From assembly GCA_963675525.2 (NCBI GenBank), contig CAXXSL010000011.1, forward strand, positions 576,001 to 640,000: a stretch of DNA of 64,000 nt, read 5' to 3'. The first letter of the stretch is position 1, and each line of letters opens with the position of its first letter. The stretch is from Anaerohalosphaeraceae bacterium (GTDB lineage Bacteria; Planctomycetota; Phycisphaerae; Sedimentisphaerales; Anaerohalosphaeraceae). Below, piece after piece: positions 48,899 to 60,532 of this stretch. Below the pieces are notes generated by a model. That model was not told the origin of the DNA, made no database searches, and worked only from the letters and a program-made list of their open reading frames with translations. Both the position numbers and the translations under genes were made by a program.

Positions 48899-50593
48899 TT
48901 AAAACCGTCGGCTGCGAATAATGGAAATCAGCAGCCACATACCGATGATCATAGCCGTCACATATCCCAATACGCCCAGCGTCTGAAGACTGACAAGGCC
49001 GAGAATGTTTCCGGTTTGGGATACCAAGAGGCTCGAACCGATCAGCAATGCCGCAATAATAACAGCAAAAGCAAGACGGTTGGAGCTATTGTCCAGCGTT
49101 TTTTCCAGCTCTTCGAGATGCTCGTGGTGTACGTGAATTTTGAATTTGCCACGGCGGAATTTCTGGATGATCGCCCCGGCATCCTCGGGAAACCGGGCCG
49201 CCAGTTCGCCGGCGCCGCGGGTCGCCTTGCGGACCTGGCGGAACAGATTTTCCGGGCCGATCTCCTGCAGCGAAAACCGTCGTGCATAAGGTTTGAGCAG
49301 TTCAATGATCTGGAAGTCTTTATCGAGGTCCGTCGCAAATGCCTCAATCGTCATCAGGGACTTGAGCATCAGGGTAAAATCACGCGGCGGTTCGACCCGA
49401 TGCCGCCGGATGACATCAAAGATGCGGCGGATGGCCTGCCCGAACGGGATGTCTTTCAGGGGAAGATTGGCATAGGTGGCCAGGATATCTTCCACATCAC
49501 GGGAAAACTCGGTAATATCGGTGTCATCGTCGAGCATTTGGGCACGCTCCAGACCGCTGACAATCTTAGAGGCATCGCTGTCAACAATTGACAGCACAAG
49601 ATACTGCAGAAGCATACGGTCCTGCTGCGTCAAACGGCCAACCTGTCCGAAATCCAGCGGGGCCAGAACGTTGTCACCCATGACGAGAAAATTGCCGGGG
49701 TGCGGATCGGTATGAAAAAACCCGTAGTCGAATATTTGCTTGAGCACAAAGTCGGCACCGCGACGGGCGATAATCTTCGGATCCAGTCCGGCCTGTTGGA
49801 GCAACTGAATGTGACTGGGCTTAATGCCATCGATGTATTCCATCGTCAGTACGCCTTCGGAACAGTATTTCTCGATGACAGCTGGCACGTGCACCGTTTT
49901 GTCTTCGGCAAAGTTACGAATGAAGCGCTGTTGGTTGCGGCGTTCATTAGCTAGGTCCACTTCTTTGGTTACCGCCTCACTGAACTCACGGACCATACGG
50001 ACCGGATCAAACGCTGCCGGCGATGAAAGGCGTGACTTGACAAGGCCGGCAATATCCTGCAGTATCTCCATCTCCGTTTGGAGCGTTTTGACGATGTGGG
50101 GACGCCGGATTTTGACCACAACTTCATGGCCCTCCTGAGTAACAGCCCGATGCACCTGGGCAATACTGGCGGCCGCGATGGGAACAGGGTCAAATGTTTT
50201 AAAAATTTCTTCAGGGGACGCACCAAGCTGCTGCGTAATCTGGTCACGAATGGTTTTATATTTTTCCGAGGTAACGCGGTCCTGCAGATGCTCAAACTCC
50301 TGTATGTATTCGTCGCCAACCAGGTCCGGACGAGTACTGAGCAACTGGCCCAGTTTGATAAATGTCGGCCCCAGTTCTTCCATCGCCAGACGAACACGCC
50401 GGGCCAGGGACGTTTGAGCCAACGACTGCTTTTGAGAACCGGGCAACCCCTTGGACCCCAGGCCGATTTTGAGTCGGCGTGCGAAGATACCGGCAATCTC
50501 CTCAAAACCGTACTTGATCAGTACGCCCATGATATGCCGGTAACGCACCAAATGCGTATACGTCTTCCTGATTCCAAAAAATGGGTTCCGCAT
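48899..50593 (-). CDS. AarF/ABC1/UbiB family atypical kinase
   Basis: ELGPTFIKLGQ, AAASIAQVH, VKIRRP, HTDPHPGN, LDFG; two C-terminal TM helices. Confidence 0.93.
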   Translation of the reverse strand: MRNPFFGIRKTYTHLVRYRHIMGVLIKYGFEEIAGIFARRLKIGLGSKGLPGSQKQSLAQTSLARRVRLAMEELGPTFIKLGQLLSTRPDLVGDEYIQEFEHLQDRVTSEKYKTIRDQITQQLGASPEEIFKTFDPVPIAAASIAQVHRAVTQEGHEVVVKIRRPHIVKTLQTEMEILQDIAGLVKSRLSSPAAFDPVRMVREFSEAVTKEVDLANERRNQQRFIRNFAEDKTVHVPAVIEKYCSEGVLTMEYIDGIKPSHIQLLQQAGLDPKIIARRGADFVLKQIFDYGFFHTDPHPGNFLVMGDNVLAPLDFGQVGRLTQQDRMLLQYLVLSIVDSDASKIVSGLERAQMLDDDTDITEFSRDVEDILATYANLPLKDIPFGQAIRRIFDVIRRHRVEPPRDFTLMLKSLMTIEAFATDLDKDFQIIELLKPYARRFSLQEIGPENLFRQVRKATRGAGELAARFPEDAGAIIQKFRRGKFKIHVHHEHLEELEKTLDNSSNRLAFAVIIAALLIGSSLLVSQTGNILGLVSLQTLGVLGYVTAMIIGMWLLISIIRSRRF

Positions 50594-50602
50594 CGGCTCC
50601 GC

Positions 50603-50890
50603 CTATCGGTTCAGCAGTTTGTCGAGCTTTTCCTCGATGCGTTTAACGTCTTCCTTGGTCGCCATGGGCTGTTTGCCAAGTGCCTTATCGATCTGCTCAG
50701 AAATGAGCTTTTCCAGGTCCTTTTTGCTTTTTTCGGCACGGTCCATCAAGTCCTTGACAAATCCGGCACGGTGTTCTTTTTCCGCTTTGCCCTTTTCGAC
50801 GTATTCATCGAAAATCTCCTCGGCCTTTTCCTTGGTCATGGACATGGCTCCCAATCCGGCAAGCATCAGTTTATCGAGTGTTTCAAACAT
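50603..50890 (-). CDS. Phasin-like (PhaF/PhaI-type) small coiled-coil protein
   Basis: LMLAGLGAMSMTKEKAEEIFDEYVEKG...ATKEDVKRIEEKLD; AGGAG RBS. Confidence 0.8.
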   Translation of the reverse strand: MFETLDKLMLAGLGAMSMTKEKAEEIFDEYVEKGKAEKEHRAGFVKDLMDRAEKSKKDLEKLISEQIDKALGKQPMATKEDVKRIEEKLDKLLNR

Positions 50891-50952
50891 AAGGACTCCT
50901 TTCTTGTAGACGTGATAAACAGGTTTCTCTTGCGATTCAACCTCATATAGGC

Positions 50953-50981
50953 ATTATAGCACGTATCTCATACCGTTTCAA
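50953..50981 (-). promoter_or_regulatory. Putative promoter of the phasin-ABC1 operon
   Basis: Minus strand TTGAAA-17-TATAAT. Confidence 0.6.
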
Positions 50982-51182
50982 GCGTCAAATTATCCGGTAT
51001 AATGAGGAAAAAAACGATTAGAAACGATTCCGGAGGAGAGTGCAATGTCATGGTTTCAGCGTTGTTTGCAAAGGCCCGATTCCACCAGGCATGTACAATA
51101 ACCAAATTCAAAAATAATGTTCTGTTGAGGTGTGAAGATTATCCCTGGGGTCTTTGATGAGATAGATAGGTACGTAAAGATA

Positions 51183-51569
51183 CTATTTCAGCGAGGTAAC
51201 TTTCTTGGAGACCTGTTTTTTGCCCTTCTTGAATTCCACACCATCTTTGTTGATATCGATGATTGTATATCCTTTGACCTCATCTCCAATTTCATAGACA
51301 TTATCGGAAATGATCGCTGCCTGCATTTTTGAGTTACATACCACACCCGAAACAACCAATCCCCTTCGTTTAGAAAACTCGTGAAACGATTCCCTGACTG
51401 AGGAAGGACTGATCTCAAGATAAAAACCTGATACAGTCAGCCATAATGCCAGATTCACTCCGAATAAGACAAGAAATTTCTTCTTTGAAAACGGCTTCTT
51501 GCGAGATGTCGCAGCAGACGTTTCAATGCAAGAATCAAACGGCCTTTCTTTTAAATATTTTAATGCCAT
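51183..51569 (-). CDS. Hypothetical membrane-anchored protein with GspB/MshK-like C-terminal beta domain
   Basis: TM helix followed by VSGVV...AAIISDNVYEIGDEVKGYTIIDI. Confidence 0.55.
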   Translation of the reverse strand: MALKYLKERPFDSCIETSAATSRKKPFSKKKFLVLFGVNLALWLTVSGFYLEISPSSVRESFHEFSKRRGLVVSGVVCNSKMQAAIISDNVYEIGDEVKGYTIIDINKDGVEFKKGKKQVSKKVTSLK

Positions 51570-51971
51570 ATTTCAGATCTCCACTGTTCCACTCATATTC
51601 TCTCTTCATAATACTCTTTCGTCAATACTATACGTACATATAACAAAAAAATACAAATCAGCCGTTCTTGGTTAAAAAAACAAAAAAACCGTAAAAGTAC
51701 GGAACAATAATAAATAAACGCCATTTTTGCGGTCAGATATAGGAATTGGGCCGGATAATCACACCTTTAATCAATTCTGACAAATGTGAGAATTGGTTGA
51801 TAAGAACAAAAATAGTGAAGTCAAGGTCCCATAAGAGACGATACATAAATATATTCAAATATAAACATCTTTTTCTTTTGTTAATATTTTATTAATATTG
51901 CTTCTTCTCTGTATATGATGCAGAGTATTAACTATAAGTTAAAGAAACCTTGTTTTGGATGAAGGCTAAAA

Positions 51972-52367
51972 ATGAAGGTTCTAATCGTTGATGACGATGC
52001 GGGTTCGCGCAAACTATTACAACTTTACCTTTCAGAATATGGTACGTTGGTAACAGCGACCTCGGGGCAGGAAGCCGTTGAAATATTTGAACGCTCGTTT
52101 GATGACAATGAACGGTTCGATCTGATCTGCCTGGATTATATGATGCCCGGGATGGATGGTGTTGAGACTCTCGATGCCATTCGTCAAATCGAGCGCCAAC
52201 GGGGTATCAATCGCTCCGACCGCGCCAGAATCATCATGACCACGGTCGTTGATCAGGAAGAAGATATTCTCAAGGCATTTGAGACCGGTTGTGACTCGTA
52301 TGTCATCCGGCCTGATCGGAAAGAACGGCTCGTGGAAGAAATCCGAAGTTTTGGCCTCATCGCCTAA
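51972..52367 (+). CDS. Single-domain (CheY-like) response regulator
   Basis: VLIVDDD, CLDYMMPGMDG, IMTT. Confidence 0.9.
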   Translation: MKVLIVDDDAGSRKLLQLYLSEYGTLVTATSGQEAVEIFERSFDDNERFDLICLDYMMPGMDGVETLDAIRQIERQRGINRSDRARIIMTTVVDQEEDILKAFETGCDSYVIRPDRKERLVEEIRSFGLIA

Positions 52368-52397
52368 ATAAAAGCCCTGCTAAAGCGGCCCAATGTC

Positions 52398-52439
52398 ATG
52401 ATTGGATTATCGTGTTATATGAAACAATAATCCAATCAT
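52398..52439. other. 13-bp perfect inverted repeat (hairpin or operator)
   Basis: ATGATTGGATTAT-16nt-ATAATCCAATCAT downstream of the response regulator. Confidence 0.55.
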
Positions 52440-52685
52440 CATAGACAAGTATTTCTTTTGTATTCCAGATGCATCCTGTCGACATTATATATTTATCTCT
52501 TTAATCCTTTTAAAATAATTACTTACAACGTAATTAACCCGTATGGCTTATTTTGCCGATAGAAAAATGGTTTGAGGACATTTTTGGCTTGCATTTTTAT
52601 TGTTATCGGCTATCTTGGCGCTTTCTAATTTTTTTGAAAAATCAGGTGCAATGAACTCTTTTTTGAAGGGAAGGTTTGAAACTGT

Positions 52686-52880
52686 ATGATTAAAGTTAAG
52701 TCACGTGCAGGTGAAAGCATTCAGCAAATGGTCAAGCGTTTTAAAAAGATGTGCGAAAAAGAAGGTCTGATTCGCGACATCAAACGCAACAGCTATTTCG
52801 AGAAACCGTCTGAGAAGAACCGCCGGAAACGCAAGAAATCGCAACGGATGGCTCGTATCACCAGCACAAACCGTATCTAA
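52686..52880 (+). CDS. rpsU: 30S ribosomal protein S21
   Basis: ESIQQMVKRFKK..EG....YFEKPSEK.RRK. Confidence 0.93.
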   Translation: MIKVKSRAGESIQQMVKRFKKMCEKEGLIRDIKRNSYFEKPSEKNRRKRKKSQRMARITSTNRI

Positions 52881-52910
52881 CCGTTCCTTTTGAATAAATA
52901 ACTATTCGAA

Positions 52911-52949
52911 TCCGGGCATGTGTTCAGACAACCTTGTCCGGGTTTTTTT
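52911..52949 (+). terminator. Intrinsic terminator after rpsU
   Basis: CCGGGCA...TGTCCGG followed by a T-tract. Confidence 0.65.
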
Positions 52950-53035
52950 GCGCGCAGAGGAATAAATTCGCCGGATTTCCAGCGAGAAAAGATTCAAAAA
53001 ACGCCTCGCTGCTGTTATCCTGTCTAACTTGAACC

Positions 53036-55084
53036 ATGGAAACATTTAGAATCCACAGTCCGTTCCAGCCGCAAGGCGACCAGCCAAAAGCCATAGAGGC
53101 ACTGGCCGAAGGTATCCGGCAGCGACAACGGTTTCAGACCCTGCTCGGCGTGACCGGCAGCGGTAAAACCTTTACCATGGCCAATGTGATCGAGCGCAGC
53201 AATAAGCCGGCGCTTGTCATTTCACACAATAAAACACTCGCCGCACAACTCTACGAGGAGTTCAAGGAGCTGTTTCCGGACAATGCAGTCGAATACTTTG
53301 TCAGCTATTACGATTATTACCAGCCTGAGGCCTATATTCCGCAGCGGGATATTTATATCGAAAAAGATGCATCCCGTAATGATGAACTGGATCGGCTGCG
53401 GTTATCCACGACAACCAGTTTGACCAGCCGCAGCGATACGATCATTGTTGCCAGCGTTTCCTGTATCTTCGGGCTGGGCAGCCCGGAGGATTATCAGGCC
53501 AGTGTTATCGCTATTCGCGTGGGCGACACGGTCGAACGCAATGAACTTTTGGGACGTTTGGCGGATCTGCAGTACGAACGAAATGATATCGATTTTTCAC
53601 GCGGTAAATTCCGGGTACGCGGAGACGTCGTTGAGCTGTGGCCATCGTATGAATCGTTTGCAGTGCGTTTCGAATTCTTCGGTGACGAGATCGAGGCGAT
53701 CAAATATGTTCATCCCGTGAGCATGGATACCCTGGCTGATGAGGAGGAGGTTTTCATCTATCCGGCCAAGCACTATATTCTGCCGGCCGAGCGTATCGAA
53801 TCGGCCTGTGCCGGGATCAAGGCGGAGCTGGATGAGCGGTTGCTGCAGTTACGTCATGAAGGAAAACTGCTGGAGGCCCAGCGTCTGGAGGCGAGGACGA
53901 TGTACGACCTGGAGATGATCCAGGAAGTCGGTTACTGCAGCGGCATCGAAAATTATGCCCGGCACATGGCCGGCCTGAAACCCGGCTCGAGGCCCTATAC
54001 ATTGATTGATTACTTTCCCGAGGACTTCCTGCTGTTTATCGATGAGTCGCATGTCACCATTCCGCAGCTTCGGGCGATGTGGGCCGGAGACCGAAGCCGA
54101 AAGCAGGTTCTGGTCGATCATGGCTTCCGTCTGCCCAGTGCAATGGATAACCGTCCCCTTCGGTTTGAAGAGTTTCATGAACGATGGAAGCAGGTTGTCT
54201 TTGTTTCGGCTACACCGGCGCCGTACGAACTGGAACTATGCGGCGGCGAGGTTGTTGAGCAGATCATTCGCCCAACAGGACTGGTGGACCCGGAAATCTT
54301 TGTGCATCCGGCATCGGACCAGATCCATCATCTGACCGCCCAGATCAACGAGCGAACAGCCGCCGGCGAACGTGTGCTGGTAACAACATTGACCAAGCGT
54401 CTCGCCGAAGACCTGTCTGGCTTTTTGTCCGCCAAAGGCATTCGATGCCGTTACCTGCACAGCGAAATCCAGACCCTGGAACGGATCGATATCCTGCGCC
54501 AGTTACGACAGGGCGACTTTGATGTTCTGGTCGGTATCAATTTGCTGCGCGAGGGACTGGATCTGCCCGAAGTTTCGCTGGTGGCCATCCTGGATGCGGA
54601 CAAAGAAGGATTTTTGAGGAGCGAAACATCATTGGTACAAACTATCGGGCGAACGGCCAGAAATGTTAACGCCAAAGTCCTGCTGTACGCTGATAAGATC
54701 ACGGAATCTATGAAAAAGGCCATTGACGAAACAGATCGAAGGCGTACAATTCAGTTGGCTTATAATGAGCAGCACGGGATTACGCCGGAGACGATTCGCA
54801 AGGAGATCAAGCACGGGCTGTCTGATAAGTTTCGAGCGAGAAAAACCGCCCAGGATGCCGTTCATTTGTCGGAAACTGAATATGACCGGACCGAATTGCT
54901 GGCGGAACTTGAAAAAGAAATGCTGGCGGCCGCCGAGTTGCTTGAATTTGAAAAAGCCGCAAAACTGCGGGATCAGATACAGGAGATAAAGAACATGCCC
55001 GATATCGACACGCGCCCGGGCAACGTTCGACCGCCCTCGGCGGAAAGCAAATCCATACAAAAAATGAAAGGCCGTCGACGATGA
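53036..55084 (+). CDS. uvrB: Excinuclease ABC subunit B
   Basis: [46 protein letters not shown] domain. Confidence 0.98.
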   Translation: METFRIHSPFQPQGDQPKAIEALAEGIRQRQRFQTLLGVTGSGKTFTMANVIERSNKPALVISHNKTLAAQLYEEFKELFPDNAVEYFVSYYDYYQPEAYIPQRDIYIEKDASRNDELDRLRLSTTTSLTSRSDTIIVASVSCIFGLGSPEDYQASVIAIRVGDTVERNELLGRLADLQYERNDIDFSRGKFRVRGDVVELWPSYESFAVRFEFFGDEIEAIKYVHPVSMDTLADEEEVFIYPAKHYILPAERIESACAGIKAELDERLLQLRHEGKLLEAQRLEARTMYDLEMIQEVGYCSGIENYARHMAGLKPGSRPYTLIDYFPEDFLLFIDESHVTIPQLRAMWAGDRSRKQVLVDHGFRLPSAMDNRPLRFEEFHERWKQVVFVSATPAPYELELCGGEVVEQIIRPTGLVDPEIFVHPASDQIHHLTAQINERTAAGERVLVTTLTKRLAEDLSGFLSAKGIRCRYLHSEIQTLERIDILRQLRQGDFDVLVGINLLREGLDLPEVSLVAILDADKEGFLRSETSLVQTIGRTARNVNAKVLLYADKITESMKKAIDETDRRRTIQLAYNEQHGITPETIRKEIKHGLSDKFRARKTAQDAVHLSETEYDRTELLAELEKEMLAAAELLEFEKAAKLRDQIQEIKNMPDIDTRPGNVRPPSAESKSIQKMKGRRR

Positions 55085-56028
55085 GCATTATTGTTACCAG
55101 AAGCAGCCATGAACGTATTGCGCGTAAGAATTTAAAAAAATTGGACCTATCGAAAATACAAACGCTGATCGATGTTGCCGTTGATGAGGATTTTGGTGAC
55201 GGAGACCCAACGAGTGAGATTACCGTCTGCGAAAACGAACGTGCCAAGGCATATCTGGTCAGCCGGGAAGAAATCGTTGTCAGCGGTATGGAACTTGCCG
55301 GAGAGATTTTAAAACGGTATGATAGCCGGTTGAAACTGAAGGTGCTGGTCCAGGACGGACATCGCGCCAGCGTTGCTGACAAACTGGGCGTTATCGAGGG
55401 ACCGCTTCGGTCGATGCTCAGTGCTGAGCGTGTAGTCCTGAACTTTTTGCAGCGTCTATGCGGCATCAGCACCATGACATGGAAATTCGTCAGTGCCGTC
55501 CGCGGCACGAAAGCCAAAATCTACGACACGCGAAAAACAATGCCGGGCTGGCGGGAATTGGAAAAGTATGCTGTTCGCTGCGGCGGCGGGTTTAACCACC
55601 GTATGAATCTGGGCGATGCGGTGATGTTTAAGGATAACCACATCGCAGAATTGGGGCGAAACTTTAAGCCAAGGCTGACTAAAATGATTCGGCAGGCCCA
55701 CGCGAAAAAAGGTGTCAAGTTTGTTGTCGTTGAAGTCGACCACGTCGACGCCCAGCTTGACCGCGTGATAACGATTCCCGGCGTGGATGTGGTTTTGCTG
55801 GACAACATGGGTCAGTGGCAGCTCAAGCACGCCGTGGAACTTCGAGACAAAATTGGCAAAAAACCCCTACTTGAAGCCAGCGGCGGCATTACGTTGAACA
55901 ATGTGCTGACCGTGGCAAGCTGCGGCATAGACCGCATCTCGATCGGGGCGATTACGCACTCGGCGATCGCTGTCGATATCGCGTTGGATCGCTACGATAC
56001 AGTCGGCCACTACGATGCAATCATATAG
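55081..56028 (+). CDS. nadC: Quinolinate phosphoribosyltransferase
   Basis: ERVVLN, DTRKT, NHRM, KDNH, EVD, LLDN, EASGG. Confidence 0.95.
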   Translation: MSIIVTRSSHERIARKNLKKLDLSKIQTLIDVAVDEDFGDGDPTSEITVCENERAKAYLVSREEIVVSGMELAGEILKRYDSRLKLKVLVQDGHRASVADKLGVIEGPLRSMLSAERVVLNFLQRLCGISTMTWKFVSAVRGTKAKIYDTRKTMPGWRELEKYAVRCGGGFNHRMNLGDAVMFKDNHIAELGRNFKPRLTKMIRQAHAKKGVKFVVVEVDHVDAQLDRVITIPGVDVVLLDNMGQWQLKHAVELRDKIGKKPLLEASGGITLNNVLTVASCGIDRISIGAITHSAIAVDIALDRYDTVGHYDAII

Positions 56029-56851
56029 CGACAGGCCCATGAACACTCCACTGGATGTTGATCATATTGAAGCCGCAAGAGCCAACGCTTTAATTGGCCG
56101 CAAAGTTGTTCTGTTCAAATCCACTGCTTCGACAAACGATATTGCTTGGGAATACGCCGGCAATCCGGTTTATCATGGCTTGTGCATACTGGCCGAATCA
56201 CAACACAAAGGACGCGGGCGGCGAGGTCGAACGTGGTTCAGCAACGCCGGAGAAAGCATTCTGGCCTCGATCCTTTTACGGAGTCAAACAATCGAAGCAG
56301 AGTTATTGACATTAACGGCTGCAGTAGCCGTCGCCGAAGCGGTTGAATCGTTCTGTCAACTGCCCTGCCGGATCAAATGGCCCAATGATATTCTGATGAA
56401 CGGCAAAAAGCTGGCGGGAATTCTTGTCGAGAAAAAAACGGTTCAAAAACGATATCATTTTGTCGTGGGTATCGGCATCAACTGCCATCAATCCGCCGTG
56501 TTCTTTAATGAACAAAAGCTGACTATGCCGGCGACCAGCCTGTCGATTGAAACAGGCACATGCATTGACCGCAACGAACTGATCTGTCAGGTCATGGAAA
56601 AGTTTGAACAGTGGATTCAAAAAGCACAGACCGTCGGATCCGATAACCGCCCTGCGAATAACCCCATTGTGCTGCGATGGCAACAGTTAAGCGACCTTCT
56701 GGGACACCATGTGACCGTCGAGTCTGACAATCGGAAATACAGCGGCTTTTGCCGGGGGATCGACCCGGCTGAAGGCTTGATCGTTCAACTCGATTCGGGA
56801 CCCGTCAAAATCTTTCATGCCAATCACACCAGCATACTGAAAACAGAATGA
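56015..56851 (+). CDS. birA: Biotin-[acetyl-CoA carboxylase] ligase (no HTH domain)
   Basis: STN, QHKGRGRRGRTW, KWPND, KLAGIL, GIGIN. Confidence 0.92.
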   Translation: MQSYSDRPMNTPLDVDHIEAARANALIGRKVVLFKSTASTNDIAWEYAGNPVYHGLCILAESQHKGRGRRGRTWFSNAGESILASILLRSQTIEAELLTLTAAVAVAEAVESFCQLPCRIKWPNDILMNGKKLAGILVEKKTVQKRYHFVVGIGINCHQSAVFFNEQKLTMPATSLSIETGTCIDRNELICQVMEKFEQWIQKAQTVGSDNRPANNPIVLRWQQLSDLLGHHVTVESDNRKYSGFCRGIDPAEGLIVQLDSGPVKIFHANHTSILKTE

Positions 56852-56930
56852 TACCTGTTTTTCTCAATTGACAATTGAGTGGATATACACAAAAAGAGAA
56901 CCGGATTCACGTCTCAAAGAATGGTTAGAT

Positions 56931-57007
56931 AAAAAAAGCCGACAGGCAACGCAACCTGTCGGCTAATTATATAAAAACCCACTTTTAAAAAGAGAGTGGG
57001 GTTTTTT
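56931..57007. terminator. Two hairpin terminators between convergent birA and the PilZ gene
   Basis: AAAAAAAGCCGACAGG..CCTGTCGGCT and AAAAACCCACT..AGTGGGGTTTTTT. Confidence 0.7.
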
Positions 57008-57030
57008 CATATTTTACCTGTTCGGCCTTC

Positions 57031-57390
57031 TTAATAGGAAAACTCAACAGCAATCCCAATCGATCCGGCCTGAAGCATTTGCTTCCGATCGACACGCACC
57101 ACTTTAGCGTTCTTGATACGGGCATATTGGCCCTTTTGTTTTGCCAACGACATCGTACGCGGAAAATTCACCTCGATTTCATGTCCCGGCCGAACCGGAG
57201 TCGTCATGGGTACGCTGATATAAGCGCCACCCTTGCTGACATTGACACTTTTTCCGTTAAAAAACCGGTTCGCCTCCGGAAGCCAAATACTCACGGGCCA
57301 GGAAAGATCGGAACGTATTTCTTTCCGCTGTTCAACTGTCGTGCTCTCCATATTTCCATTCTCCATAAATTTAGTAAATTTCAATGCCAT
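57031..57390 (-). CDS. PilZ domain protein
   Basis: QRKEIR and NVSKGG motifs; true start is probably downstream (MESTT). Confidence 0.85.
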   Translation of the reverse strand: MALKFTKFMENGNMESTTVEQRKEIRSDLSWPVSIWLPEANRFFNGKSVNVSKGGAYISVPMTTPVRPGHEIEVNFPRTMSLAKQKGQYARIKNAKVVRVDRKQMLQAGSIGIAVEFSY

Positions 57391-57582
57391 GATATCGTAT
57401 CGGCCATGTTAAAATGGATAATTCAGGAAATATAGGAAGTTTTGATTTTTTTTTTGAAAAAAATTTTCGGTGAAAAATGTATTCGAGAAATTGATGTGTT
57501 ATTATCGGACAAATGAATGAAAGGATGTATTTATTCGGTAAAGACTGCAAGGTCCAATAATAAAAAATCCTTTTTGGCCCCG

Positions 57583-58719
57583 TTATGTTTTCATGGAATC
57601 AATTTCGATCCATGCAATGGGGAAGAAAATAAAAATCGGAATCCATGTCCACAAAGCAGGTCTGATCTGGCCGAAAACCACTTCGGTAGCAAACAATTTG
57701 CACGCAAAAACAACGATAAAACAGCTTGCTGTCGTCAGAAAACTGATCGCAATCGCGGTTTTCATGGCTTTGGGGTCGCGGCAAACAAGTACCGGCAGCG
57801 CCACCATCAGCATAATGAGATTCACCAGTGGGTCAGTAATGCGACTGTGTTTTTGCAGGGCCAAATCCGCCAGGTCCGTCTTGCGGGCACCGGGATTACG
57901 TTCCAATTCGGTCAATTGACGTAAACTCAGCAATGCCTTGAATCCCTCCCGCCTGCGAATAGGAATTTCGTATGCGGTCAGATTACTTTCATAAAATGTG
58001 ATACTTGTCGGCCGGTAATCCGGCGAGATCTCCAGACTTTCGCGGGGCAAACGAATCAATTGGCCCGCAACTAATCGCCAGCCGCCGTTCTCTTTATCAT
58101 AAACAGCCTGAGATGCCTGTATTTTCCCCGTTACGCGGTAGATATTTTCGCGGCCTTCGATCTTTTCACGTAAAATGATCAGCGGATCATAAAAGGTCTG
58201 TGTCGCCTCATCATATCGGGAACTGCAAATGAGACTGCCTTTGTCATCTCCGACAAACCAGATATCATAATAGCTTTCCTTTGTAAGATCGTCATGCTTA
58301 CGTGTCAATTCGTGCGACAGGCGGGGAATCATAAGTTCCTGATCTAAAATCATGACGCCTGACAGCAATAGTGACAATAAAAGGATAGGTGCCAGTATCC
58401 GCTTCAGACTCATCCCCGAGGCCATCACCGCAACCAGCTCATTATTTCGCGTCATGCGTGCCAGTGAAAAAACCGCCGCGATCACCATGACCATTCCGGC
58501 AAGGTCCCTATACCACAGACAACCATGAACGGCATAATAGCGAATAACAATCATCAGCACGGAGGGAACGGAGAAACCCTGCTCCAGATATTCAGAAAAC
58601 TCATCCAGATTTAGAAACAGATCGATCGTAATGAACAGGCCGATCATGACAAATAAGGCGATGAAGTAGCCGTATAAAAAGTTTTTTGCAATGTATCGAT
58701 CTATAATTCTCATCGTCAT
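57583..58719 (-). CDS. LptF/LptG family permease
   Basis: IIDRYI, NNELVAVMASGMSLKRI; 6-TM pattern. Confidence 0.9.
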   Translation of the reverse strand: MTMRIIDRYIAKNFLYGYFIALFVMIGLFITIDLFLNLDEFSEYLEQGFSVPSVLMIVIRYYAVHGCLWYRDLAGMVMVIAAVFSLARMTRNNELVAVMASGMSLKRILAPILLLSLLLSGVMILDQELMIPRLSHELTRKHDDLTKESYYDIWFVGDDKGSLICSSRYDEATQTFYDPLIILREKIEGRENIYRVTGKIQASQAVYDKENGGWRLVAGQLIRLPRESLEISPDYRPTSITFYESNLTAYEIPIRRREGFKALLSLRQLTELERNPGARKTDLADLALQKHSRITDPLVNLIMLMVALPVLVCRDPKAMKTAIAISFLTTASCFIVVFACKLFATEVVFGQIRPALWTWIPIFIFFPIAWIEIDSMKT

Positions 58720-58732
58720 CCGTACCCAAACG

Positions 58733-60340
58733 TTATGTTCTCAACAACTTACGATAGACCCATAGTGTCAAGAGAACCAAAACAACCAGCCCGACCCACA
58801 TCACCGTCACACCGGTCATCGCATTTGTAGCGGAATTGGTCGTCAAGGCCTTACCGGACAAAATAAACGTCACCAAAACGCCGCCCGGCACGGCACTGGC
58901 TCCGAACGCACTAAGTATGTGACCGCCACGGAACTGAATTCCCAGCGCAATCCCCGTCAGGATCAATGCAATGCAGCCCAGTCCCAGAACCAGGCGGGAA
59001 TGAATCTCCGCATAAATCTCATTATCCACTTTTTCAATTTCAATCGGCCACGCATGACACAGCAAACTCAATTGCCCCCGGGGGGCATCTTCAACACGGA
59101 CCGTTCCGTTCCGATATCCGCGATTGTTTCGTCAAAATGATCCAACTTTAATGACGCCGCTATTGTCGACGGAACCTTGATATTGTTGGCATATTTTTGA
59201 ATATCAATCCTTCTGATCTGACCGGGACGCTCCCAGCTTGCGTTATCCAGTGTCAGTTCATATTTTATATTTCATTTTTCTCGTCTTCGATCTTCATGTA
59301 ACCCACGGAACAATCATATCGAACCGTCAAGGCATTTCGCACCTTATCAACCTGCAGTAAAACGATCGGCTCCTTAAAATCCAGACGGTTAGCTTTTTTC
59401 GGATTAACGCTGCATCCGCCCACACTGAGCAAATAAAGGCGTGAATTGTCGGCATCCTGTAATTCATAATATTCGCTGCTGAGACTCATTTGGCGATTGA
59501 TATCCTGGGCCAGCAGTTCAATGGCAAGCTGGTTTCGTATTTTCATTGCCAATTCTCGAACGGGGAAGTAGCTCATTTTGTCGGCCTGAATTTGTTTCAA
59601 CTGCTCGATCTTCTGAAACTTGATATCGTCTGAAAGCAGCGGCGGGAATTGTTCCGTAAAGGTCGTATTGCCCAGATATACAAACGAATCTTCATTAAAA
59701 CGCCATGCATTCTGCAGCGTTATCGTTGCTTCATTATAGGTGCTGTGGGTATCGATCCGGACCCTGGCTCGCTCTGTTGTAAAGAGACGGGAGCCTAAGT
59801 TCTTCGAACCGCCTACCACCATAACCCCTTCCAGAAGATTTGTTTCAGGGATCGCCTGATCCGCATAGATCTGGTATTGACTTTTCGGAATGGCATAATA
59901 GCCTTTTTTCTGAATATTCCGAAAAAGGATCTGTTCGGCGTTGGCCTTGACGCTTTTTTCACTGCGGTGTACGAACGCCGGAGCAACGTAAAAACTCAAA
60001 ATAAGGTTCGCCACCGCCACCAGAATCGCCAGTGTCAGGCCGGGATAGATCAGCGACCACATACTGACACCGCTGGCCCGGCAGGCATCCAGTTCACGAT
60101 CCGCCGAAAACCGGCCATAGATCAGGCTGGATGCGAACAAGGCACTGATCGGCAAAACAAAGGTCAGGGTGATCGGCAGAAAATAGCCCAGCAGATGAAT
60201 GATCTGCCGGGACTGACACCGTAATCCTGAATGATCGGCACAAGCAGGCCGAGACTGAGCATCAGCGTCAACGCCACTGTCGTCAGCGCAAAGGCACGAA
60301 ATAATTCGCGAAAAATATATCGGTGAAGCGTAAATATCAT
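58733..60340 (-). pseudogene. LptF/LptG family permease interrupted by three single-base frameshifts (probable sequencing errors)
   Basis: TLHRYI..; GRFSADRELDACRASGVS; EIHSRL; frame breaks at ~60207-60211, ~59265-59272 and ~59075-59085. Confidence 0.8.
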
Positions 60341-60371
60341 TCTTTTTCCGATTCCTGAAAACACCAACAAA

Positions 60372-60416
60372 ACACGCCCCTACGCATTGTCATTCCCGCG
60401 AAGGCGCCGATTCCAG
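60372..60416. repeat. Degenerate REP-like remnants
   Basis: ACACGCCCCTAC (GTAGGGGCG on the minus strand) followed by TGTCATTCCCGCGAAGGCG..ATTCCAG. Confidence 0.55.
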
Positions 60417-60532
60417 AGGCTTTAATCAGGTTTTGTTAGAAGTCCTTAATAAATCAAACGACCGTATTGTGACAGAAAACACAGGATTTTACAACAGGAA
60501 ATTCGCCGCTTTTGGAGATCGGGAAATGCAGA

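Noticed and set aside
59075..59085. Programmed frameshift or phase-variable tract in lptF
   Set aside because: The tracts are short, and four separate single-base deletions within 2 kb point to sequencing error.
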